A DNA stretch of 64,000 nucleotides, taken from positions 104,842,001 to 104,906,000 of the forward strand of contig OX597815.1 of the NCBI GenBank assembly GCA_951406725.2. Direction: 5' to 3'. Made by a program: the position numbers and the translations under genes. Of this stretch, positions 1-12,648 are shown piece by piece. Numbering within the stretch: the first letter of the stretch is position 1; every line of letters starts with the position of its first letter. The DNA comes from Octopus vulgaris. Lineage: Eukaryota. The notes under the pieces were generated by a model. The model was given only the letters and a program-made list of their open reading frames with translations. It searched no databases and had not been told where the DNA came from.

Positions 1-224
1 CATACAAACTGCGGACAACTGTCCTGTTCTTTGACCATAACAAACATATTAATTTCCACACGCACAAATACACGCAAGTACATTACATATTCACTAACAC
101 CACGCTCACAATCACATTAATAATATACCCAAGTTTGCACTTTTACACACCTCTATACATATACATACATACCATCAAGTACACACAAACTGTGAGTCGG
201 TCTTTTACTAATACTTTAAGTTGC

Positions 225-448
225 CTATGCAATCGCAAGCAGATATAGTCATCCAGGGGTCCAGGGGGCCCTCTCACACTACACCCAGAGGAACATTAAC
301 GATGAGACATTTAGAAAGTGAAAAGGCCGCATTAGTACTGGACTGATATTTATTACTGAAAAACTCACAAGGCACCGTTCCAAGAATCGAATCCACAAGC
401 TTTCGATCCTGAATTGAGCACCCTTACCAGTGGGCCATGTGCCTTCAC
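225..448 (-). mobile_element. tRNA-derived SINE, degenerate
   Basis: Reverse complement begins GAAGGCACATGGCCCACTGG (A-box-like) and contains GGATTCGATTC (B-box-like); the head resembles the SINE at 12310. Confidence 0.55.
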
Positions 449-1736
449 GTCTCTGCTTTACAGATCTTCACATCCCTTCTCAACTAATTTTCCATTCATT
501 TTATCAAAATAATATTATTTCAAGCACAGTCCCACACCTCTTTCTCTCTTTCTCTTTCTTTCTCTTTCCCTCTCCCTCGCCTTTTTCCTTATGTTCTCCT
601 TTCATCTTTTTCTGAAGAAGGATTAACGTCATGTGCGTCTAGACAGGTTATGCTAATCTGAAGCGTTACACTAATGGCGTATTCCTTGTACAATTTTTGT
701 CCTTGTTGTTTTTTTTATTATATTTTACTTTACAATCAAGTACACACTTGATAGATAGATAGATTGATACACACATAGATACATACATACATACATGCGT
801 GTGTTTGTATATATATATATATTTATGTGTGTGTGTGTGTGTGTGTGTATGTATACACATATACATATACATGTGAATATATGTGTGTATATGAATGTAT
901 CTAAGTAGGGCTGATGGTATACGTACAGATATTTGAATGCGGGTCCGTCAGGTATGATGTGGTAAACTACTGAAAAATCACTTCTTTCTACATGAATCGC
1001 ATTTTTATTGCAAGATATATATATGAAGTATAACTTAGGTTTATGAAATTCCCAGCATTTTCATTAAATCACTCTAATTGTCAACAATGCTCCATCTATG
1101 CCATAAATTTATTTACTTTTTATAGTGTTTTATCTCAAACTTAAGCATATCACAAGATGACGAATATATTTCTCGCTTCAAATATTAACACAATTTTGTA
1201 TATATAAATGTCTGTGTAGGTAATTTTGCATGGTTTTATATATATTGTATACATATGTTTTTATGGGTGTATATATGTATGTATGCGTGTGAGCCTATAC
1301 AAATGTGAGTGCGTCTCTGTGTGTGAGTGTGTGTCTGGTTGTAAATATATAATTGTATATTTTTTTATCCGCATATTTAGTTCTTTCCATCTTTTCCTTC
1401 TCAGTATTTCAGTCTCTCTATATATATTTAAACCATTAATGGCCTTCTGACTAATATAACAGAATATCACTGAATATAACTAATCTAATTTAGATCAATT
1501 TAATGTAAACTAAATTAAATATACATTACAATTATGTAACCATATATTTGGGGGAGTTATTTAATATAACATCTGTTGAGCACGATTAAGATGTGTTCAT
1601 ACTTTTCTGCTTTTAACTCTATCAATGTATCGATATATATGCATATATATATATGCATATATATATATATATATATGCATATATATATATGCATATATAT
1701 ATATATATATATATATATGCATATATATATATATAT

Positions 1737-3296
1737 GGTTCCTTGGCTAACGGTAAACTACCCAGGGCGCTAAAAGAAGGCACCATATGCCCTATCCACA
1801 AAGGAGGGAGTAGAGCAGAGGCCAAAAACTACAGGCCAGTCTCCCTGACGTCACACATAAGTAAGGTCATGTAACGAATCGTCAGAAAAAAACTGATCAC
1901 GTTCCTCGAAGAAACTAACCGTCTCACTGACACACAGCATGGCTTTCGCCCAGGAAGAAGCTGCCTTACGCAGCTGTTACAACACTACGACTGGGTACTG
2001 AAACAACTACTGGATCGCTCACAGGTGGATGTGGTATATCTCGACTTTGCGAAGGCCTTTGACAAAGTCGACCACGGAGTGATATGTCACAAATTACTCA
2101 GACTCGGCATAACAGGAAAAGTAGGTGAGTGGATACATGACTTCCTGAAGGACAGAAGCCAGATGGTTGCAGCCAATGGAGCCCTCTCGGGAAAGACACC
2201 AATGGCAAGCGGGGTGCCACAGGGCACAGTCTTGGGACCCTTGCTGTTTTTGGTGGCGCTCTCTGACATGCCCTTGGCAGCACAAACAACATTCCTCACT
2301 AGCTATGCTGATGACACAAAGGTAGCACAGGCAATCATAAACCCAGCTGATGCTGACCTTTTACAACAAGATCTGGATGCCATATACAAATGGGCTGAAG
2401 ACAACAACATGCAATTTAATGCTGGTAAATTTCAAGCCTTACAATATCAAGCTGTAAACACATATACATTACAACACAACTATACTGGTCCAGGAGGGAT
2501 CGAAATCCCAGTATCGAAATCAATACGGGACCTGGGGATAGACATGAGTGACGATGCATCTTTTTCTTCACACATCGCGAAGGTGGCGACAATGTGCAGA
2601 CGACTCACTGGCTGGATCCTGAGGACATTCCGGACAAGAGACTGCGAGACCATGTTGACACTATGGAGGACATTTGTCCTAAGCCGCCTGGACTACTGCT
2701 CCCAACTGTGGTCACCGCATAGTGTCAAACTGACCACAGAGCTTGAGACAATCCAAAGACATTTCACCAAGAGGATTTCCACCATGAAAGAAAAGAACTA
2801 TTGGGAGAGGCTTAGGGAACTCAATTTGTACTCCTTGGAACGAAGACGAGAGAGATATGCAGTGATATACATATGGAAAATCCTGGAGGGACTAGCACCA
2901 AATTTTGGAATTGAGAGCTGTTCCAATCCCCGTACAGGACGTCACTGTGTGGTGCCAAAGGTCCCGTCTTCCACATCCAGGGTAAGGAGCAGATACTGTA
3001 ATAGCCTGGGGTTCAGGGGCCCTCAGCTGTTCAACAAACTGCCAAGAAAACTAAGAGATCTACATGATGCGGATGTGGACATTTTCATAAAACATCTAGA
3101 CAAGCTGCTTTCCGGGATCCCAGATGAACCAACTGCAAGGTACGAAGGTAACCTAAGGGCAGCAGCTACAAACTCTCTCTTAGATCAGTGGCCAGCCACG
3201 GCAAACTGGACTTAGAGAGGGTAGCAACAAGGGCGGTGCCCCAGCATGGCCTCAGCCGGATGGCTGAAACAAGTAAAAGAGTAAAAGAGTAAAAGA

Positions 3297-3299
<3 letters not shown>
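1737..3299 (+). mobile_element. 5'-truncated non-LTR retrotransposon (CR1/L2/Jockey-group LINE): ORF2 RT plus 3' tail
   Basis: One frame from about 1737 to 3215 with a single TAA at 1872: NYRPVSLTSHISKVM*...QHGFRPGRSC...YLDFAKAFDKVDH...GVPQGTVLGP...YADD...RDLG. Ends in (GTAAAAGA)3 and is flanked by TA-rich microsatellites. Confidence 0.95.
2025..3215 (+). pseudogene. LINE reverse transcriptase, C-terminal 396 aa open
   Basis: RT motifs DFAKAFD, PQG and YADD in the ORF track. No endonuclease domain, and an upstream in-frame stop. Confidence 0.9.
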
Positions 3300-3342
<43 letters not shown>

Positions 3343-3346
<4 letters not shown>

Positions 3347-3550
3347 AATCCAAGCACGAACAAGCAAGAAAACAACAACACGAGATAAACAACAACGCGG
3401 GATAAGTACAGCGTTATTGGACGCTTAGGAAAGGAAAGAAAAGTAAGAGGATTTCACGTTTCGAGCGGAGCTTTTCATCAGAAATATAGAAAAAGTCCAA
3501 AGAAGGGAAGCCGGAGAAAAAAAATCGCCGACGATACACACGCTGTCTCA
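3343..3550 (-). mobile_element. ~200-bp HHR-containing non-autonomous element (PLE terminal-repeat or retrozyme-like)
   Basis: Homologous end to end with 31170-31370. Carries CTGATGA-A-AAGCtccGCTC-GAAACGTG and abuts (TA)n. Confidence 0.7.
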
Positions 3551-3639
3551 TATTGATATGCAAACATACATACATACATACATACATACATACATACATA
3601 CATACATACAAAACACATATACACACACTCATATACATA

Positions 3640-4720
3640 TATTGGGTTGGCCGAAGAGTTCATTGAAAGCGAACAAGGGCACAAGTTGTAAACACAAAGC
3701 GATTAATTTACATCATTGCTTTCCAGTATCTTCTGCCATATTTTCGGCAAGTCTATTGTTGAAAAAATGTCTTGTTTTTATTCGCGGAAAACTCCTTCAG
3801 ATTCATTTTAAAATCCTATTTACAGTAGAAGCTCTGACCATTCAATGCATTTTGTAGGAATATACAGGTAGAAATCTGATGGCGCATAGTCAGGTGAATG
3901 CGAAAGTTGCGGCAAAACTTCCCTGTCAAACCCCAATAACTTCTGCCATGTCTGCAAAGAAGTGTGTCGTTATGCATTGTCATGACGATGAAAGATAATG
4001 TCTTTGTGATCAGAAAGTGCTGGACGCTTCTGATAAATCGCTCCGTTCGACTTTTCCAGCTGTTCACTGTAATTAACCAAATTGATGATTCCGTCCGTGG
4101 GAAGACTCTCTTAACAGACACCTTCCAAATCCCACCAAATTGAAAGCCTAACCGTTTTCTAGTGAAGTCCTGCTTTGGAGGTTGTTTGTGGTCGTTTGCT
4201 GCGCTTTCCTCATAGTCGTTTGTGCTTTGCATTGTTATAGGTGATCCATTTTGTGCTTCTATGTTACTATGCTTTTCAAAAAGTATCGCTTTCTACACGT
4301 TTCCGCAAGTAATCGCAGATGGAAATCTATCGGGCGGTATTAGCCGCATTTCATTGATGTGAGACCCAAACAGTGAACCTGCTGACGTAACCAAGTTTAT
4401 ACAGATAATTTTCAAAACTCGAAATGGAATATTTGGAGAGTACCTCTGATCATCCTGCACGTATAACAGGGTTGGTAGCGCTGTTATTCTCATTTGGCCA
4501 ACCAAAGCAAGTTGAATCTTGTAGTGAAACATTTCTCCATCGAAGTCTTGAAAACTATTTCAGGCACACACGTTCCGTAACAGCATTCTATCCGAACACT
4601 GTGCATATCTCCCTGCCGATTTCCGCCGCTTACATGGCTATTTTAGGATAAAAAATCATGAGGTGTAGATGATGTTCATTTTGGTACTTTCTTTTCAATA
4701 CGATCTCAAGGACACGAAAC
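3640..4720 (-). mobile_element. mariner DNA transposon, frameshifted transposase
   Basis: Minus-strand pieces KWITYNN, WWDLEG, a degenerate HDNARPH / PYSPDLAPSDF region and LQNALNG. TIR-like TATTGGGTTGG at about 3640. Confidence 0.85.
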
Positions 4721-6217
4721 AAACTGTCTCATCCGAAGTTCGCATCAAAATAAGTTGAAATGTCAAGAAGCTAACGAAAGCGACAGATAGAAATTCACTA
4801 CTTAATAGAATGGTTGAAGCAACAAGCTAAAATTATAAGCTAGAACTATCTATAAAATATAAAAATGCCGTGGCCTACAACATATGTCCTTTTGGCAAAT
4901 CGATAGTTTTACGAAATTCGTATGTTCTAGGCGAACACTAGAATTAAACATGCCGTATTTTAATACTATACGAGAGGGAACATTTATGTTGTCGTTTCAG
5001 GTGTTAGAACTACTAACAAAATCTCCCTCAGATTACATAACATTGTCTTCAAAAAAGAACAGAGAAGGGTGATTAATATACCGATTAGATAATACAGTAA
5101 TAGATTAGCTAATACAGTTATAATACAGTGATTAATATAGTTTTTCCTAACCTGATGCTAACCTGATGCTCAACATCAATATCAGGAAAAAATCATTAAA
5201 TTGTTTAGTGTTTTAAATAAAATATCAGCAAAAGTTTTGAAAATACTTTTGTACACTTGCTGATATAAAATTTTTTAGAACAAGTGACCAAACAGATGGT
5301 TTATCAAAGAATTTGCTAGAGGAATAATTGGTTGCCACAAAACAGATTGTAAGAGAAAGATTTTGTTATATGAAAGTTGTACATAGAGCTTGTAAAACGA
5401 GATTTAAATATCTTTATAATTTCCTTCATATTCATTTGCTTCTTCTCTTCATATGTTTGCAAGCTTTTGCAAAGTTCCTTGGGTTTTGAAGAGAAAAATA
5501 TATCTTATTATTCATGTTCTGTGTTTTTTCCTGCTGGCTATATATATCCATTGTCTAAATGGTTTTGCAAAGATCATATTGGAAATCTGACGGAGTGATT
5601 GCTGGAACACATGTAAGGTGTACGATTTTTCTCATACGAAATATTCCAGAAAACATTTAGTGACTTGAATGATGTAGGGTCATATATTAGCTTCATTAAA
5701 GAGAACTTGTACGGTTTATTTATACAGGGTATTTTTTTAGTCCAAAGTCGTTTTCACACTGTAAAGTTCTAACGATAGACTTCATTGTTTGATTCGGTTC
5801 TAAAAGCTCATAACAAATGATACCTTCTGCACCCAACTATAAATTCAAGAAAATTGTCTTTAGGTAAGGTCACTTTCGTGGATGTTGCACGGGATTTTGA
5901 TTTAGAGTTAGTCTCCCACTTAATATTGGCGCTTAATGTTGTAAAGAATCTATCTTTCATCCCTAATGGGAAACGGTTAAACATGGTGCTTGGAAGTTAC
6001 ATGCATCGGTTGATTCTTGGCAGTTGTCTTCGTCAACGATTTGCATGATGAATCATTTCCCCTACTTTAACACTTTTCGTAACTTCTTGAAATGATTATG
6101 CTTACTCATAATACTAACATTAATTTTAGTAGAGCTCTCTCCGATACAGCAGTATGTCTTGCACGTGTTCTCCCTACCATTCTGTCATTCAGTTTGAAGG
6201 GATGTCCTGATCTAGAC

Positions 6218-6638
6218 TCTTTTACTCTTTTACTTGTTTCAGTCAATTTACTGTAGCCATGCTGGAGCACCGCCTTTAGTCGAGCAAATCGACCCCAGGA
6301 CATATTCTTCGTAAGTCTAGTACTTATTCTATCCATCTCTTTTGCCGAACCGCTAGTTTACGGGCACATAAACACACCAGCATCGGTTGTTAAGCGATGT
6401 TGGTAGGTGGGGGGGACAAACACAGACACACAAACATATAAACACATACATATATATATATATACATATATACATATATACGACAGGCTTCTTTCAGTTT
6501 CCGTGAGCCAAATCCTCTCACAAGGCTCTGGTCGGCCCAAGGCTATAGTAGAAGACACTTGCCCAAGGTGCCACGCAGTGGGACTGAGCCCGAAACCATT
6601 TGGTTCGTAAGCAACCTACTTACCACATAGCCACTCTT
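6218..6638 (-). mobile_element. tRNA/CORE-type SINE family A, full length
   Basis: Homologous to 22751-23179: tRNA head, CCTTGGGCAAGTG, internal CA/TA microsatellite, GTAAAAGA tail. Confidence 0.9.
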
Positions 6639-7804
6639 AAATTAAAAATACCTCATTTGAATTTTTCAAACCACATTACGCAAGTCCTTTCATTCGTTGC
6701 GTCTAGACATAAAGCTTTTTCGCATTTTTGGCCGTTTCGCTTGTAGTACTATTTCGATGAAACTTGTAAAAACATAATGTAACGAATAAAACTAATATTA
6801 AAAGAAACGATAGAGTGGATAACGTAATCATGTTTTGCCTCAGTTTAAACGATTTTTATTATAGGTTTTATTCGATCAGAGTTAACTAGAGGCTATATTC
6901 CAACACTGTGAAGGCATCAATGCTTTATTTTACTTGCTGGGACAAAAGGAAGATTCAGTGCCTATGGGATCTGAAGGCCCATCTAATCTGATAAGAATGC
7001 TACTACAAACATTTCCCTTCAACTTTTGTAAGCCAACAACAGCAAGGAAAATATGAAACTGGAGAGAATTCTCAAGAGTCGAAGCTCTGGAGAGAGGGAC
7101 GAGCTGAATGAAAATGTTTGAGAGGATGTGATATGATCCCAGTCAGACCTGAAGAAATGTAGCTACAATAGTAAAGACAAATGAAGAGATAATTTGCCTA
7201 TGGACAACAGGCTAGAACGTGTCAGTGAGTGACTTTATGCCAATCAGTATGCTACTCCTTTTCATATGTTAAGCAGATAAAAAAATACATACATCATGAC
7301 GATAGTATTACACCAATGAAAAAGGAAGTATCGTCACTATAAATTATTGTTTCGTGTCAGAATAATCGTTTTAAAGTTTTATTTCGAAATATAATTGAGT
7401 AAAATTTTCAATTAAAACAGTGGACGCTATGACGAACCTAGCCTCTGGAAATTAGCCGTTGTATTTTTATAACGTTTCAAATGTTCGATCTGTATTGTAA
7501 TAATTAAACGAAGTTTATACGTTAAAGACTAATTTTCACTTACCTAACAACCCTTATTCTAGTAATTGATTTTAAAATACATTAAACAAAACTGTACCGA
7601 AATTATCGCTAGTTATTTCAGTGTATAGTTTACGTAGTCTACAAGTTTTGTTTAACTGAACGTTTAACGTTTTTTAAGTATTAAAAGATCTTACTAATCA
7701 TTGATGTAATTATTCGAACTAGGTTCAAATTAGAAAGAAATATTGCAGCATTATAGTTTGGGAAGTAGGTTATATTACGAACTACTGATTGCAGAGATTA
7801 TGTA

Positions 7805-8125
7805 GAGATAACAGTGAAGCGTTTGTTGTAGTAGTAGTAGTAGCTGTAGTGATCTACAGTGAACCAGTTGCTGTATTGTGAACCATTGATTATATAGGGC
7901 TGTAGTGAACAATTAGCTGCAGTGGTATACAGCAAAGTATTTGTTGAAGTGGTCTGCAGTCAAGCATTAGTTATACTGGTCTACTGTGAAACGTTTGTTG
8001 TAGTGATGTATAGGTTATAACATTGGTTATAAATGTATAAAGAGAAACGTTAGTTGGAGAATTATATAGTGAGCAACCGGTTACAACAGTATCCATGTTA
8101 GTCATCGTAGTGTGCAGTGAACCAC
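7805..8125. repeat. degenerate ~27-bp minisatellite, about 10-11 units
   Basis: Units such as GGTCTACTGTGAAACGTTTGTTGTAGT, GGTCTGCAGTCAAGCATTAGTTATACT and GGTATACAGCAAAGTATTTGTTGAAGT. Confidence 0.7.
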
Positions 8126-9777
8126 TAATTCACCATTTGGAACACTCGTGAAATTATTGTTCACGAAGGTATGCATTAGAAAACCAACCAAATAAAAGAA
8201 TCTAATGAAAAGTCACAAGTACTTAACATTTCAATTGCACATGTTATATGCAAGGAAATAATACATCTCTCTCTCTCTCTCTCAGCTTTCTCAAGACAGT
8301 TTAGAAAATAAATGTGAACAATACGGTAGTGATGCATTACTTGATCAGAAATATATCAGGAGGCTGGTTGATATACTTCAGCAATAAAATTTTCAAGAAA
8401 GAAAAATATTGATTACCGGTAGGTTATAATTAAGAAACCTTTAGGATAGATTACATATTTCTTCTGGATTTCTTGCATATCAAATTTATGTTAATTCTAA
8501 CGATCCACTTCTTCGCGACTCTATATTGCACTATCATTAATATTGCCTTCAATCACTAATGAAGCTTTTGTGATGAAACATCTGCCATAATATCTTACAA
8601 AATATTCCATTTAGAATTTTTCCGATGGAAATAAAAACTATTCAGCAGCGTTAAACAAAGCCAAGGTGTTTCTTTGGAAATTAACCAACATGAATTTCAG
8701 AAGTAACTATTTAAAAAGAAAACATCCTTGCATAATATAAAAGTTTAAATGAAGTAGACTTCCTACATTGTGGAACTTATAGATTGTAATTTATATGGCA
8801 TCATGAGCTTAAACGATTTCAGTATATAAATTAAAACAGTGATTTTAATTCTATGGTCACGAACGAAAACAAATGAATGGGTAATGATGATGGCTTTAAG
8901 AAAACATAGCAATTCATAGCATAAAAGTTCATCATTATCTTTACAGACAGAGTAGATAGATAGGTAGATTGCTATTATCGTGGAAAATTTCTGAATGAGT
9001 ACTTCATAGGAACTTGAAGAGTAGGAATAAATCCGTTGAAAATCTCAGCCATAGCAATAGGTTTGATGCAAGAGAGTGAGCTGACATACATTGTGTGTCC
9101 CTGTTTGTGCCCGCGATCCGCTTAGACGTATATGTGATATTATTAGTCAAACTTCAACAAGGTGGACTTCACATATGATGTGAACTGCGACAGTAAGTGA
9201 GATGAACGTTATATACCTACCTAGCATGCATCCCTTAGTCTACCAGTTCAGGCTTCACAATTAGGGGGCCAGAATGGAGTAGGCTCTGCCTAAACTCCGT
9301 TGAAAATAAATTCCTTGTGTGTGTGTTGTTCAGCAGCAACATACTTTTGTTTTACTTGCCACTGCTTACTAAGCGGACATACGTGCTTTTCTGTTATATG
9401 TGTGTGCGCTCAAAATTCTATTAGCAATAAGAAATGATGGTAATGTACCTCCGAACACACATTTTTCGCTAACTTAAACGCTGTTCCATAAATTTCGTTT
9501 GAACTTATAAAGAATAAAGTGGAATGGCTTTCATTGTATTTTTATAAGAAATATAGTGATTAAGGCTTTTAAAATGACTCTCAAAGTGAATTATAATATT
9601 TATAAACCAACTCTAAGCGATGTAAATGAAGAAAAGTAGTAACGATAATGAAAAAAACGAAAACTGATCATATATTCGACAATAATAATTCCAGATAAGT
9701 ATGCAGAGTGTTAATAAGTTTGGCCACCGTGGATAGAAGAAAATAAACATTACATTCAAATAATTATATGAATACTC

Positions 9778-9815
9778 AACTCCGACGAAGGGTCTCAGAG
9801 CCCGAAACGCTAGTT
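9778..9815 (+). ncRNA. degenerate minimal hammerhead motif
   Basis: AACT-CCGACGA-A-GGGtCTCaGAGCCC-GAAAC-GCT-AGTT: stems I and II pair, but U4 and U16.1 are C. Confidence 0.45.
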
Positions 9816-9994
9816 TTTTTTTTCCTCTTCACCGAACTTAACAATAAGAACTTAGCAACCGAACTCAGCAAATAGAAATAACGGGACTGTACTTATCTTA
9901 AACGCTGTTTCACAAATTAGAAAATTATTTGTTATAAATGCATTAGTCATGTTTATATAAAACCATTTCCAAAGAACAAACACTAAAACATTAC

Positions 9995-10770
9995 TTACTT
10001 CCAGGATTCAAATTAAGTATTTAGGGCAAATAATTAATAAAAGTGGTAGACGTCCTGACCCGTCGAGGGCAGACGCACTAAGGAATATGTCAGCGCCGAT
10101 AAATATTCCAACTTTGCAAGCATTTTTGGGGTTGGCCCACTATTATCAAAGCTACATTCCTAATATGCGCAAGTTAAGAGCTCCACTGAACGACTTATTA
10201 GAAAGAGGAGTAAAGTGTAATTGGTCCACTAAATGCCAGAACACTTTTGAATAAATATCAAAAATTCTAATCTCAGACCTGTCGTTTACACATTACGATC
10301 CCGAAATGGACATCGTCGTAGCGTCTGATGCTTCCAAGCACGGATTAGATGCAATTCTACTTCATAAATACGAAGACGGATGTACAAAACAGTGGTTCAT
10401 GTTTCGCGCTCACTAATAACGACAGAGAAGAGATATAGTAAAATTGAAAAGGAGGTCCTAGCAATTATTTTTGGAGTAAAAAATTTCACAGGTTTCTTCA
10501 TGGCAGAAGTTTTCTATTGCAAACAGACCATAGACCTTTTCTGTTGATTTATATGTCTAAAAAAGGGTTATCGACTCATACTGCGATCCGCCTGCAACGT
10601 TGGAGTGTAATATTACTAAATTATAATTTCAAGATGCAATACATTCCATAAAAAAAAATCGGTCATGCGGACTGCCTTTCGAGATTGATTAAAAAAAATA
10701 TGGAACCACTAGAAGAGATTGTTATAGCCGCACTGCAGGCAGAAAGTGAAATTAAAAGTGTTATGACAAA
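9995..10770 (+). mobile_element. Ty3/Gypsy pol fragment (RT thumb and RNase H)
   Basis: IKYLGQII...LQAFLGLAHYY...VVASDASKHG...YSKIEKEVLAIIFGV...QTDHRP...RLQRW...HADCLSR, with stops and frameshifts. Confidence 0.9.
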
Positions 10771-10819
10771 CAATTGTTTCGCTGGCCACTGCCGCTCCTT
10801 CTGAACATCCTTTCAAGAT

Positions 10820-12280
10820 TAAGCGTTCGGTTTGAAAGTACGGAAATTGCGTTACATTCGCGTTTTCTCTATAATAATGTCATAATTGTACACATATCAC
10901 CACAATATTATCGCTAGTATGGATGGTTTGAAGCATACTCGCTCTTCGGAGAAGATCCTCAAATACTAAAAGTGACTGAAGGACCAAGAAATTGTGGAGC
11001 AGCTACTATTCATTTGTTGCCTAAAGAAAGGGGAAAATTAAGCACTACATTGTGAAACCGAAAAGCTTTTAAAAGATAAAAAAACTTAATTTTCCTCAGT
11101 TTGAAATCAAAACTAAAATCAGTTTTTTATCATTCAAGTGCAGAATGCAGTTGTTCTGTTTCAGGTGAAATTATGTGTATTCAATCTTTAAAATTGAAGC
11201 AAAGATTGACTCCTAATTCTCAGTTGAAGGCAAGTCGTAATTGGCTTACACATTTTAAAGACTAACATTCTATCAGTCTAAGTTGTAGAATTGCTAGTTC
11301 AACGAATACATACAGGCTATGCAGAAAATTGCATTCGATTCAAATAATTTATCATCTACTAAGACAGAAAAACCTGTATTTAGTCTATCGAATGGAAAAT
11401 GCCGAAAACGACAGTGTATTTTTAAATGCTAGCTGATACTAAAACTTCATATATGCGTACTGTAGGGAATGAAAGATAGCGATTATACATTAATGCTGGG
11501 TATAACTGCTAATGTTTTTTTTTCTACTTTGTGTCACATTTAACGTAAAACATCCTAAATGGTTTAACTTTGAAAAATAATGGCATTGTTCATGCTAATG
11601 AAAATGGGCTGGATGTAAATTAATACAATTAAGGAGTGGATACATTTGGCTTAGAATTGTCGTGCTGTTAACTTACTAACACCGAAATCTATGCTTCTAT
11701 TGGACTCTTTTTTTGAAAATCTTTCGGAAAATATACAAATGGTCTGTAACAATATAATAAAAAACTTGTCATTTCTGGTGAGCTAACAAGCGTTTCCCAG
11801 GCACTTGACGTCTATATCAATAAACTCTTTAGCTATACATCGAAAACATTGTATCTTGAATACATGTCAAATCACGACTCTGAGTTTACTGCTTCAGGCA
11901 ACAAATTGTCTCATGGATAAAGGAAGCATAGGACTTTATTGATTTTCACATGTTAACGCGAAATTTCAACATCAAAATATTCGTATAAGTAACGGATTAG
12001 AGGATGATGATGATGATGATGATGAGGATGAAGATGATGCGGATGATGATGATGAGGAGGAGGATATGTGACAAGAAGAAAATGATGATGAGGAAACAAA
12101 TATATATAATCAATTGATGACAAGAGATTCTGATTAGCAGTCAAATAAGAGGGGGCAATGCAATGATATTGATTGAAATAAAAATCGTAGGCAATAAGTT
12201 CTTACTCTTTTAACTTCTTGCGCGTAGTATTATCAAAATTGCGTACTATATTGGCAACGCATAACATATGGATAACTAAA
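10820..12280 (+). mobile_element. pogo/Tigger-like transposase remnant
   Basis: Frameshifted motifs KASRNWL, RTVGNE, MLGITAN, VHANE-GWM, KSMLLLDSF and GELTSVSQALDVYINKLF (cf. PGGLTSVLQPLDV-INKPFK), followed by an acidic GAT/GAG run. Confidence 0.7.
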
Positions 12281-12309
12281 GTGTGTGCGCGCGCGCGCGT
12301 GTGTATGTG

Positions 12310-12648
12310 AAGGCGCATGGCACAGTGGTTAGAGCATCGGGCTTGCAGCCTTGACGTTGTACGCCTGATTCCCAGACTGGGCTGTGTATTGTGTTCTTGA
12401 GCAAGACACTGTATTTCACGTTGCCCCAGTTCACTCAGCTCTAGAAATGAGTTTCGGCGTCACTGTAGCCAGACTGTATGGGTCTTTGCCATTCCCTTGG
12501 ACAATATCGGTGGCGTGGAGTGGGGAGACGGGCATGGGCAACTGCTAGTCTTCCACTTACAACCTTGCTCGGACTTGTGCCTCGGAGGGGAAATTTCTTG
12601 CTGCAATCCCATGGTCATTCGTGACCGAGGGGGGTCTTTATCCCTTAT
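12310..12648 (+). mobile_element. tRNA-derived SINE family C
   Basis: A box TGGCACAGTGG, then a CTTGAGCAAGACAC...CACTCAGCT central block shared with 36333-36562 and partly with 46778. Confidence 0.8.

Noticed and set aside
7805-8125. CRISPR-like periodicity
   Set aside because: No constant repeat with unique spacers, no cas genes, and a eukaryotic context.
9720-9735. TGGCCACCGTGG as the primer-binding site of the Gypsy fragment
   Set aside because: No LTR pair or gag could be identified.
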